DNA of 63,942 nt, counting the filler, from Collodictyon triciliatum (lineage: Eukaryota): NCBI GenBank assembly GCA_043381765.1. It is 4 parts of 4 records of this genome, joined end to end, with 100 filler letters (N's around TTAATTAATTAA, not from the genome) between each part and the next. Parts side by side here need not be neighbours in the genome. Positions count along the whole stretch, not along the records: positions 1 to 20,547 come from JBHJMP010001229.1; positions 20,648 to 37,807 come from JBHJMP010001231.1; 2 more parts are not named here. One strand, given 5' to 3'. Below the pieces are notes generated by a model, which did no database searches, was not told the DNA's origin, and saw only the letters and a program-made list of their open reading frames with translations. The translations under genes were made by a program, and so were the position numbers. Positions within the stretch are counted from its first letter, which is position 1. Each line of letters begins with the position of its first letter. Shown here piece by piece: positions 11,901 to 22,391 of this stretch.

Positions 11901-14900
11901 ATTCAACGTAGGTATCTGATTGATAGATGATTTTTGTAAAAAAAAAAAAAAAAAAAAAAAAATAATAATAATTTGGAACTGAAATAGACAATACGAGCTT
12001 AATATATGCTTATACCACTCGGCGTGCAAGAATTTTTTTCCAATCATGTCCTCCATGTAAAGGTCTAAGTTGGCTTCGCTCAGTCCAATACGCGTGACAT
12101 ACAGTGTTTTCATGGATATATCAACCATAAGGGACCCTGGTTTGATAGTTTCAAATGTAAGTTGGTATGTAGTACTCAAGTCAAGAGTAGGATATGTTCC
12201 AGTGTTTAAGAAAAAAAAAAATTTACTGTGTATCGAGCCATACCATCTTTGTTGAACTTCTCCTGCCATCTCTTGATGATGAACTGATAAAGATCGATAA
12301 CGCCATCAGTTGATAAAAGACTGTTCAGTTCCTGATCAAGTTTCTCATATACCCCAAAGACTCTAATTTCGTCTAGGACTATTCGAAGGTACAGTGGGTG
12401 ACCTGAAAATTGGAAATAAAAATAACATAAGTAAGCGTCATTTGAACTTTGAAATAAATAAAACAAAAGTAAAAATAAAATAAATTTTTGAAGCTTAACA
12501 ATTGTGACACCTGTATCTTCGCAGTCAAATAGTATCATATTCATCTGCACTTCGCTTAAAGTCTTGTCGTAACGATAAAGAAATGCTTCGGTGCTTTCTT
12601 TGACCTCCTCGACGGTAAGTCTTAAAACAGGGATGGTCTCCAGGCCACATTCAATGGCCATCTGAAAAAAAAGAAAGATTACAGGTATATAAAGCTAATG
12701 ACAACCACATGATTTCAATCAATATCAACATTTAGATATAAATAGCTTACTTTACAAGATGAGTGAGTATCGATGGTGGAAACAACCAAAGCGACGTTTT
12801 TTGGTGCCTTTTTTGGCAGCCAAGTAAGAAGATGAGGCATTGGAGTCTCTTGAGAAGGGTGAATTTGGTTGATAGCATCAATAAGGAAAATGTATTTATC
12901 GTCTCTATTTTTAAACAAATGTTAGTAAAGGATTCGTTTTGAATATTATTTCATTCTCAGAATGTATGCTGATATGTGGCAACGTGCCCACCCACCCTTT
13001 ATTTTTCTGGATGAGATCAAAAAGGCCTTGAATCCCTTCTTTTGAGAATTCTGTGAGAAAATAAATGAGCATTTCATAGCTTCAGACATAGAATTGAGGT
13101 TTAAACATGATCTTCCCATTCTGTTGGATGGCTTATCTCGTGAAAGAAGTCGAATATACGAAACCTTTTTCTCCTCCATAGTCCACTGTAGAGGCATTTA
13201 TGTTACCCAAAACTAGCTTCCAGAAACGAATCGAGATGCTTTTTAAGTGGTAGAATTAGATTAATGGGTGCCGTTTTTATTTTCCTACCATTTTTGCAAT
13301 TAAGGAGTCGGCGCAGTTGGCACACTATTAATTAAACATATTCTGCGTTTACAAAACTATCTTGAAAAAAAAATACCTTTCAACATAGTTGCTAAGGTTT
13401 GTGCATCCAACGAAATGATAAGACAAGTTCAATCCTGGAATATTCATGCTTTCTAAATCTCTCACTGCAGCAGCCATTAATGAAGATTTTCCTATTCCCG
13501 ACTTTGCTGCTAGCACAGTGATATTCACGCCATCTTCTCCGAGCTGATTTAAAGCCTGCATTTCCAGCAAAACAAAACAAAAATCAACAAAGTATTCATT
13601 AAATTAAGCGTTTGTTCATATTTTTATGTGACATAGATATCGACCGTTCAGATTGAATATTGTTGGAATGATTACTTGGTCACATATGTTTTTGAGGAGT
13701 TCCTTGCGACCTCCAAAACCAGCAAGTCTATGCATTTTAAACTGGTGATGTGCCTGGTCTTCGGGGTCCCTGACCTAAAACAGTAAGAAACTGCTTCATC
13801 AATCTGTCTTTCAGTTAATCATAAATCCAAAAAGAAAAGGTGAATATATATATATCATTTTAAAACCTTCAAATTGGAGAAATCTTTCTTCATGGCGAAA
13901 GTAAGGTGATAGGTTATGAAATCAGAATATTCTTTTGGTCCTTGGTATACGACATGTCCAAACTTGGCTTTCACTTTTTCTTTAAGCTCGTTTTGGCTCT
14001 TGCGCTATTTTTCCAATTTTTTGGTATGAAACATTAATTCTTCGTTTCAAAATATCAGGTAAAATAGAGATAAAATAGACAAATTTATGAAAAGAACACA
14101 CAGCCAAGTATCAAGGCCACATACCGCTTCCTCGCTTTCAGATTGGAAGAGCTTCTTCTCTTCTTCACTGGCTGCATGCGAAACTGCATATTCTTCGTCG
14201 CGAAAGTAGAAAAAGGCACGACTGCAAGCTGGCTTATCAATTAATGCGGCAAATTGAATCTATTTGTTTTCAATTTAGTGAATGAAACAACTAGATTCAA
14301 TTTTCGTTACAAAAAAAAATGAATTCAAATGAGGTATTAAAAGAACCTCGTATTCGGTGACACTTAACCCAGGCATAGCATTTATGAAAGGGAAGCGCTT
14401 GTTTGTCTCTGTACGCCATTCTATCCAGATGTCACTAAGCTTTGCTTCAGGTTTCGTACGTCTCAATTCTTCGAGTCTCTCTGCCATATTGGCCTCCGTC
14501 TTGTTCTGGTCTGGAATCCATCCGTATCTAGCTCCGAGTGAACAAACAAAATAGGGGCATTTTTCAATCGAATCAAGACAACGGATAACAACCTATGAAA
14601 GAATTGTAAATTTAAAGGCGTGGTGGGAAAATATGATTTATTTAAGAAAAATATTAATTTGCAATTGCAATATTATGAATACAGTAGTGTACCCATCCTT
14701 CGTTGCTGTCTTTGGATGTTAACCCCCAACGAAGGTCTATGAAAACAAGCTCAAAGCCAAGCGACTTTGCCAATTTTTTTAATCTAGTAGTTACATAATG
14801 ATGAAAATTTAGGTATAAAGAGCTTATTTAAGGTCGTATATATTGAATTTAGTGATGCAAAATTAGTTCCCACTCGACTGCACCGGTTTTGAAGAATTCA

Positions 14901-16397
14901 TCACGTTCCTTTTGCATGTCACGAAATGTCGAGGATAAAAAAACTCTGATAACCCTTTCATCAAAGATAACCATATCTAAGGGTTTCGGTGTAGTGTATC
15001 TTTGAGGTGCCGGCGCCCATTTTTTGAGCCTTTTTTCTTTCATGGTTTCGATATTGCTATTTAGCTACCCCGATATAACAGGAAAAGACCACAAAAGCGT
15101 TAATTCTTTGCGGATATTTGTTGTTTAAAGTATATGTTGTTTTGATATATATTTAAATCGTAAACAGGATTTAGTGAGCTTCAATATGCGTCTACTATGG
15201 ATATTCATTTCGTGTGGCATTTTTCCCAAATAAAAAAGGAAGAAGACTCACTTTATCCATGAGAATGCATGAGCGAACCAAAACAATAGATCCCTTTTCT
15301 TCCGCATCTAGGTCTAGATAATTACAGTTAATTTACATTATGAGGGATGGTTTCAGAATTATTGGTATAAATAGCATGACACAGGAGAATGCAACTTTAA
15401 TGGAATATCAACCTTCAAATGGAAATGGGATTGCACTCCTTTGGAAAATCTTCTTGGCTTCTTCATACCTGGCTTGGGACATGTGCTAGTAGAAAAAAAA
15501 ATTCATTATTAAAGTGTAGGTGTGTGCTTTCGATTATTGTGTGTCATTGAAATGTTAAAGATACCCCGAACTTCCCAAGATGGTTGATTGTCTTTTCCAT
15601 GAGAAGCCATAGTAAAGGCTGAATGAGATCTGATAGCAAACAATAATATTAAATTTTTCTATATTTATTTAAGAGGAGAGGAATATTTCAAATAAGTATA
15701 TCGTCAAACTTGCTCATATTGCAACTTAAGTGCGTCATGTATATATAACAGTCAAGATTACTCTGAAAAGCATCCTCTTGAGTTTCCGAGGGATTTTTGT
15801 CGGATCTATGTTTATTGAACCAGCCATGCACCATTTTCTGGTTCTCCTCTACCAAAGATGACTCGACGATTGGTTGATCTCTAATATGTGATTTTCGATA
15901 TTTAAAATGGAGAAATTATACACATTAAATATAACAAATTTTTCTTTACATTCCGTGATATCAATATATACTTAAATTTGAGTATATGTTGATAGCAGTC
16001 CGAATAAAGGTTTAATTTTCAGTCATACTTGTAAACATCTGTTATGTATACAGAGTATAAAAGTATCATACTATAATACAACCATTCAATATAATATTAC
16101 GCGAAAAGGCGAGAGTGGTAGTCCTTAAAGCTTTGACCGGTGGTAATGTCGATTAGCATTATCAGAAAAAAGCCGTCTTGGAAGTCATCCATGACATTCT
16201 TAGCGACCAAGTCAATCTTCCCAAGCTGGTAATTGACCCATTGCAGAAGGGCCTGCATTGAAAAAAAAAACTTTGATATTTCATATGGAGCAAAAGATGT
16301 TGTTTTGGCGTGTTGCAGTTCTGTGTATATGATATACAAATATTCATGATGCTGCGGGACGTACCTTGTCGACAGCACCTTCTGACTCAGAGCCCAT
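5987..16397 (-). CDS. Multi-exon NLR-like/STAND protein: CH domain - DUF4062 - NACHT/AAA-type P-loop NTPase - 6 TPR - pentapeptide repeats - 14 WD40 - Sel1-like repeat - acidic tail
   Basis: Spliced by eye. MGSESEGAVDK|ALLQWVNYQLG...DDFQDGFFLIMLI and LIQPLLWLL (CH); IRVFLSSTFRDMQKERD, IDLRWG, LGARYGWIP, SVTEYE (DUF4062 as in TEP1/NPHP3-like proteins); AAKSGIGKSSL (Walker A); YIFLIDAINQI (Walker B); GHPLYLRIVLDEIRVFG; six 42-aa TPR exons; phase-2 junction 9442/9218 leads in frame into the 1044-aa ORF. Confidence 0.85.
5993..6220 (-). repeat. Coding low-complexity repeat (EEEG/DE-rich acidic tail)
   Basis: Tandem 12-nt GAAGAAGGAGAG-type units encoding EEEGEEEG...DDEDDDDEDEEGDDDG. Confidence 0.9.
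15956..15997. repeat. Imperfect 42-bp palindrome in an intron of the NLR-like gene; near-copy of 20105-20146
   Basis: TGATATCAATATATACTTAAATTTGAGTATATGTTGATAGCA; 5 differences from the 20105 copy. Confidence 0.8.
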
Positions 16398-16776
16398 TCT
16401 CTAGTTGAAAAGAAAGGTGTTCTATCAGAGAGCTTTTACGTTTGATTATTAGACGTATAGCTTTATCCTCGTTCATTTTGCATCAAATGAAGGGGAATAG
16501 CAATATATTTTCCAGGGCAGAGGCATAATTAGCCGTCATTTTCGGCATGGTGTGAAAGGCATGGGACATTAAGGACTTTTGTGAGAAAAGGAAGAGTTTG
16601 AGGGGAATATGCATATACGTTTGTTTGCATCCCCGCCGATTAACCAACAAGTCACAACACACGATTCGATAAAAGTGACTCTGCGAGCGAATCGCTTGTT
16701 TTTTTTTTTTAATTTACTTTCTTCTACCAAGTCACTTTTCTTTGACTCCTATGCGATGTGATTCAATCACAATCTC

Positions 16777-16818
16777 AGTCATAGTCACAGTCACAGTCGC
16801 AGTCACAGTCGCAGTCAC
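16777..16818. repeat. Hexamer tandem repeat, AGTCAC/AGTCGC/AGTCAT x7
   Basis: agtcat agtcac agtcac agtcgc agtcac agtcgc agtcac. Confidence 0.9.
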
Positions 16819-16930
16819 TTTGGCTCATCTATCTCGTCCGTATAGATGGTGACTTTGTGACAGAGGGTTATGGGCGGAAAATAAGAAAATAGGTTCGCAA
16901 ATGGAACTGGCAAGAGTCTAATAAATACAG

Positions 16931-17702
16931 GTTGTCGGCTGGTTGACAATTCAGATATGGCAACTCATTTATATAGTCTTTGCTTTTGCATTGCTTTTCT
17001 ACTGCGTCCACGACAAAACACATAATTCTATGGCAAAAATCCTGCTGCTGTGCGGAACAGACTCGACTCTCCTCTGGTTTGTTTGTGGCACCGGGGACAA
17101 GAATCAATCAAATATTTTGACAACCAGGCACCCATAATTCTCAACGGAATGCCATATTTGGATTGCAGATTGGGCATAGAGATGAATATAACTCGTGAAT
17201 AATATTAATGTGGATTACGAAAAAGGAGATTCCCAATGTGCAGCAATTTTGGTTGACTTTTGCAAATGTGTGGGAATTAGTGCGTACAATTAAATAAAAG
17301 AAATTATAATATTATGTATACTAAAAAAATTTAATATGGATTGATACTATATTTGTCTAACTATATAGACAAATATAATATCAATTGATTATATAAATTA
17401 AATAATTGTATTTATTTATATTCCATAAATAGGTATCTGGTTCTTTGCCAGTACCCAGATGCTGTGTAATCTCATCCTTGTCTCCTTCCCTGGCAGCTTT
17501 ATGCAAGCAAACCATCTTTACTTGCCTGGTGGGTGCGATGAAGGGGAGATAGTTGGTTATATTGGATTACTAGGAGGGTACACAATCTATCGAATTGTAA
17601 ACTTTGCCGCTAGTTTTCAAGGTCTCGCCAGTTTTTTTACGAAGATAGTGAAGTGGTGAAGGCTGCCAGGAAAGATCCAACAGCCTATTTTTTTAGAGGA
17701 AG
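16931..17702 (+). pseudogene. Possible degenerate exons of an unidentified membrane-protein gene
   Basis: Hydrophobic coding-like blocks after acceptor-like sites (VVGWLTIQIWQLIYIVFAFALLFYC...; IWFFASTQMLCNLILVSF...GLLGGYTIYRIVNF...). Both need frameshifts to continue. Confidence 0.25.
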
Positions 17703-17737
17703 GTGTATGAATATTTTGAAGGATTAAAAGAACTTTG

Positions 17738-19584
17738 TCGAGTTTATTTTGAGCGCTGTTAAAGTCCCTTGTTAAGAATACACTTTGTTTGCTTTCTGAG
17801 CGATTTCATTCTTTACATATGAGACATCTATACACCTTTTTTTTTTTTTTGAATTTCCTCTCAGTTTCATATATTCCAGTTCTTTTTCGCAGTTGCAACA
17901 CATCTTGGAGGTTCTAAATTCATCTGCACTTACTGTCTCAAAACGTTTAGATAGAATTTTTTCGTAATCCTCTTCCGATTGTTGCATAAAATGTTTCATC
18001 GGAGATTTTCTGCTCCAGTCTCCATACGCTAGTACAACATCCTCGCCAAATGTCTTTTCGATTCGGTTCATAAACAATTGTTCACTTCTTTTTGTATTAA
18101 CATACTGTCTCCATCTCATCTTTCGAAAAGTAACGTGTTCATAAAATCTGGAAAATTCTATCTGGTATCTTGATTTCATAGATACATATTTTCGAAATTT
18201 TTCATAATCGACGGTGCATGAATTATGTTTACTCAGTTCTGTCTCTAAATCGATTAAAGATACTCTTGATGCCTCAAACCGCTGATTCTCTTCAAAAGTC
18301 AGGGAACCAAAAGAAACAGCACTTTGTAAATCCGTTTCCATGCATATCCCTGAAGCATTGTGCTTTTCTTTTTTCTCGAGCAAGAGTATGTTGTGATTTT
18401 TAAGAGATTTGCTATCATGTCTTCTTTGGTGTGCTGTGTAGCGTGATTTCTTACCTGTCTCATTCGCCATGTAAACCAAATTAAACTTGCCTGCGTTCAC
18501 TGACTATATTTTTTTTCGCTAATAAAGATAAATGCTCCTCGAAAAGTTTATCTATATAAACATATTCCTAGGTTTTTTTTTTGATTAAATTGAATTTTGA
18601 ATTTGAAATACCTTTCTTTTCAAACAATAAAGACACCGCCAAGCCGTCTGTTTGTATCATGTATTTAAAATTGTAGTCTTTTGATGAAAGACCCTCTTCT
18701 TCATTTCAAAGAAATTATCCCATAGGGTCTCTTTGCATCCTGATATATTCTTCATTAATAATATTTTTCCCGTTGATAATAACATAACAATCAAACATGC
18801 AGTGTCTAGAGTAATATAACATGGTATATTGTTAGTTCTTATGGGGATTGGTTGAAACAGTTTGGTTCCAATGCCCCAAAAAATGTGATACATGTAAATC
18901 AGACACGGAATGTGCTTATTCAGATTGACTTTGACGTCATATTCATACCATTTACAATATCGCTGGGAATGATACGATTCAGATGCGTTGTAGCCCATTC
19001 TTTATATTGTTCCGGTATTTCGAGTTTCTTGAAGATGGCTTTTTTTAACTTTTGTAACTATGCCTTTTAAACAGCTTCCGTATTATTCTCATCTTTAGGA
19101 ACTGTTTGATTTATAAAGCGCAGTGACCTCTTTACAAAATGTATCTTAATGTTATTATGATAAGCTGTTAGCATTTGCTTCGCCAAGTACGGTAATACAT
19201 GAGACAGTCTAACCAAGGAAAACGTTCTTCTCGGGACAAAGGGAATCGGAAATCATTGAGATAAAAAGTCATCATGTCGATACTCATTTCTGGATGTTTT
19301 TAATCTTGTGGGTCTATCTTGTGAAACTACGACTGTCTTTAAAACATACAAAAAATATTTCATCGATTGTTGGGACCTGTTGTGATTTCAATATGTAACA
19401 TCTTGCAAACAGAAAAGTGTCGGTAACCAAGTTATGACACAATAAAACCGTATCATCGATTTTTTCATAGCCATTCGCATTCTTTACAATCGACTTTAGA
19501 GATGTTTTCTTTTCTTCATCTGAAAGTCTTTTCTTTATTTTTTCCATACAAAACTCTTAAGTTTTCAATTTTAATAAAACTCGA
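17738..19584 (-). mobile_element. Decayed Fanzor1 (eukaryotic TnpB-like RNA-guided nuclease) element; intronless and frameshifted
   Basis: Fanzor1-type motifs in order across frames from the ATG at 19547: KTSLKSI; LPYLAKQMLTAYHNNIKIHFVKR; LFQPIPIRTNNIPCYITLDT; IQTDGLAVSLLF; degenerate RuvC-I (NAGKFNLVYM in place of DPGK); FRKMRWRQYVNTKRSEQLFMNRIEKTFG; VLAYGDWS; DEFRTSKMCCNC; CLICKE*; TRDFNSAQN. Several frameshifts and a stop. Confidence 0.85.
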
Positions 19585-19600
19585 GCCAATTAGTATCAAT

Positions 19601-19602
<2 letters not shown>

Positions 19603-19697
<95 letters not shown>
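19603..19697. repeat. (AAT)n microsatellite
   Basis: Directly visible. Confidence 0.95.
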
Positions 19698-19698
<1 letters not shown>

Positions 19699-20104
19699 TA
19701 TAAAAAGCACCTGCATAAAATCAATTCATGCAAAATTAAGCATCTACCGAGACTCTCAAAATGTGCGCATTGTGGCAAACAAACATACTAAGTTTTTTAT
19801 ATAAGTGATTTGAGACAAAACGCTGAGAGCCGATTCGGCGAGTTCGAAAGGACAGCCACATAGCCATTGCAACTGAAAGTCAACATATCGGCCCCAAACA
19901 ACATGATTACTGCCGCAAGTGTGGGTAGTATGCTTTTGTGAAATGCATGTGTGGTGGCAGGTTTTTTGGGTTGGGTTCTGTCTAGGCCAACGCAAGGACT
20001 TGTTTGTATTTTTTGAATTTTAATGTTACACAAATGGAAAAAATAATTGATTATATGAATAGAATGAGGTTATTAAGTATTTTAACATAATTATATATAC
20101 TAAT

Positions 20105-20146
20105 TGATATCAATATATACTTAATATTAAGTATATATTGATATCA
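20105..20146. repeat. Perfect 42-bp palindrome
   Basis: TGATATCAATATATACTTAAT|ATTAAGTATATATTGATATCA equals its own reverse complement. Confidence 0.95.
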
Positions 20147-20547
20147 CTAATTCCATTATTATATTATTCTGGTCGTTTCTTGGATTCATCAAAGCTCATG
20201 CTTTTGTCAATCCAGATTTAATTCTATGATTGTCTGTGCAATAAAATGGTATAAATTTGTGTACACTTTCGTTGCATAAAAAGTGGTGTGTCTTGAAAGG
20301 AATTAAACCAAGTTCGTCACAACCTTTGTAATAAAGTTTATCCATTTACTGTTGAAAAGAAACCAAAAAAAAAAAAGTTTATCCATTTACAAGCTGAATG
20401 AGACCGAAGAAAAAGAAAAAAAAGAAAAAAAAGAAAAAAAGAAAAAAGAAAAAAGAAAAAAAGAAAAAAGAGAAAAGAGAAAAGAAAAAAGAGAAAAAGA
20501 GAAAAAGAGAAAAAGAAAAAGAGAAAAGAGAAAAGAGAAAAAAGAAA

Positions 20548-20647
20548 NNNNNNNNNNNNNNNNNNNNNNNNNNNNNNNNNNNNNNNNNNNNTTAATTAAT
20601 TAANNNNNNNNNNNNNNNNNNNNNNNNNNNNNNNNNNNNNNNNNNNN
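20548..20647. other. Artificial contig spacer (N44-TTAATTAATTAA-N44)
   Basis: Identical 100-bp structure occurs three times; the 12-mer gives stops in all six frames. Confidence 0.97.
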
Positions 20648-20820
20648 ATAAAATTGTGTGTTAATAGAGTTTTGAAAAAATAAGTAAAAAAAAAAAACAC
20701 ACCAAAAAATAAAAAAAAAAAAAAAAAAAAGGCGGCATGAAAGGTCATTTGCCAAACACTGTAATTCAAATCACACTTCAAAGATGGTATATTTCGAACT
20801 CGAGAAAGATCTGACATTAC

Positions 20821-21382
20821 CTCTCCAACGCAAGCTCGCCAGTGGTATTGAACGGAGTTTTTGCCACCCGTGATTCGTTGGACGACGAGCGTGGCGTAGC
20901 GATGCACGCACCAAGATCAAAAAGCTGATTTGAGATGTACTCCAGTTGCTTTACAACGTATTCAACCTCAGCAGTTTTCCCCACGTTTGCCACCTCTTGA
21001 GTTAGGGCAAGGACGAGGCATAGAGACTCTGTTAGCGTCGGGTGCTGGGTTGGGGTGAACTTTCTTGTTTCGAAAGATTGCGCTGCAATGGCATAGATTT
21101 ACCTCGAAGTGCACTCAACTCTACACGCAACAAAGCCAGGGCCACCCCAATGTGCGCGTTTGTTTCGTCCACAGCGCCCAAAGCTTGGATGTGCGCATCG
21201 TTCTTTGGTGTTTCAGTCGAGTGGGTCAGTTTGTGGAGAGTGAGCCGATAAGTGCACGGCAGACGTTCAACACAGCTGCTTTCGTTTGGCGGTGGCGAGT
21301 GATCAAAACGAACCTTTGGGACACGCGTGCCGTTGAATAAGCTTGTTTCGCCTCCGTCTCCTGTGCGTGTGTAGATCTTCAT
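20821..21382 (-). CDS. MMAB: Cob(I)alamin adenosyltransferase, PduO-type; 3' part missing at the contig end
   Basis: MKIYTRTGDGGETSLFNGTRVPK|NDAHIQALGAVDETNAHIG...QLEYISNQLFDLGACIATP across three GT-AG exons. Confidence 0.92.
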
Positions 21383-22062
21383 CCTGCCTGCAAACAACAC
21401 CTTTGATTCGTGCCAGCCTTAGATGCACCTTGCTTTCTTGCGGCGGCGCATGCAAACTTATGCATATGCTCCTTCCGTGACGTCTTTATCAAATCAAATG
21501 ATATCTACATATAGTAAATTTCTCATATGACCTTTTTTTCTCAGCATATTGAGAACAAATGCGAGAGCTTGATATAAATTCCATAAATATATAAATTGAA
21601 ATACCGCTTATGCACAAGATACCACTCACACTCTGATCTGTTTGAGCGAGATAACACCTGCTTGCATCCCGAAACGTGCTTTGAATGCTTGTGTTTGTCC
21701 ATTCATCTGCGCTCACTCAGCGTTTGACTTGCGCGCTGCATGTGCTGAGTCCTATTGGAATGCCAGCTCGGGGCGCTGTGAATATAAAGTCTGGCTGTGG
21801 GCGTGACTTCGTTTTTCAAAGCCTGCACAGTTCTTCTCCGTCCCATTTTCTTTCTGTGCGAAACTGCTTGCAAGCGGCTGTGCTTTGATCTTGGCCAGCT
21901 TTCATGCGGAGTACAAGGGCGCTGCTTTTGCGTCTTTCTGCTCCTGTGCCTTTCCCTTTCCTTCTCTCCCTCCCTAGTTACGTTTAGTGACCCTTCTTGA
22001 ACCTCTTGGATTCATGTCACGCATCCTTTCCTACTATGGCTTATTCAGCTTTCAGTTTTCGG

Positions 22063-22063
<1 letters not shown>

Positions 22064-22157
<94 letters not shown>

Positions 22158-22173
22158 TACCTCTTTCTTTACC

Positions 22174-22241
<68 letters not shown>

Positions 22242-22255
22242 TACCTCTTTCTTTC
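22064..22255. repeat. (CTTT)n microsatellite
   Basis: Directly visible, with a few ACCT interruptions. Confidence 0.95.
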
Positions 22256-22391
22256 GATTTCTTTCCTTCCGTCATGATTCAGTCTGTCAGTAAGTCGCGA
22301 AACAGCAAGAAGATCTGCCCCATACACAGAACCTCCTCCTTATCACCATGCACCTCAATCATCAACAGGAAATACGAACCAGAGAACTACA

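Noticed and set aside
16380-16397. N-myristoylation of the NLR-like protein (MGSESE)
   Set aside because: Gly2 is present, but position 6 is Glu and the context is acidic; poor match to MGxxxS.
17433-17702. Resemblance of GLLGGYTIYRIVN to ERG4/ERG24/DHCR7 sterol reductases
   Set aside because: Only a short motif; the family's downstream signature is not convincingly present.
19740-20030. GC-richer block upstream of the Fanzor as a partner transposase or RNA gene
   Set aside because: No transposase, recombinase or tRNA features recognised in any frame.
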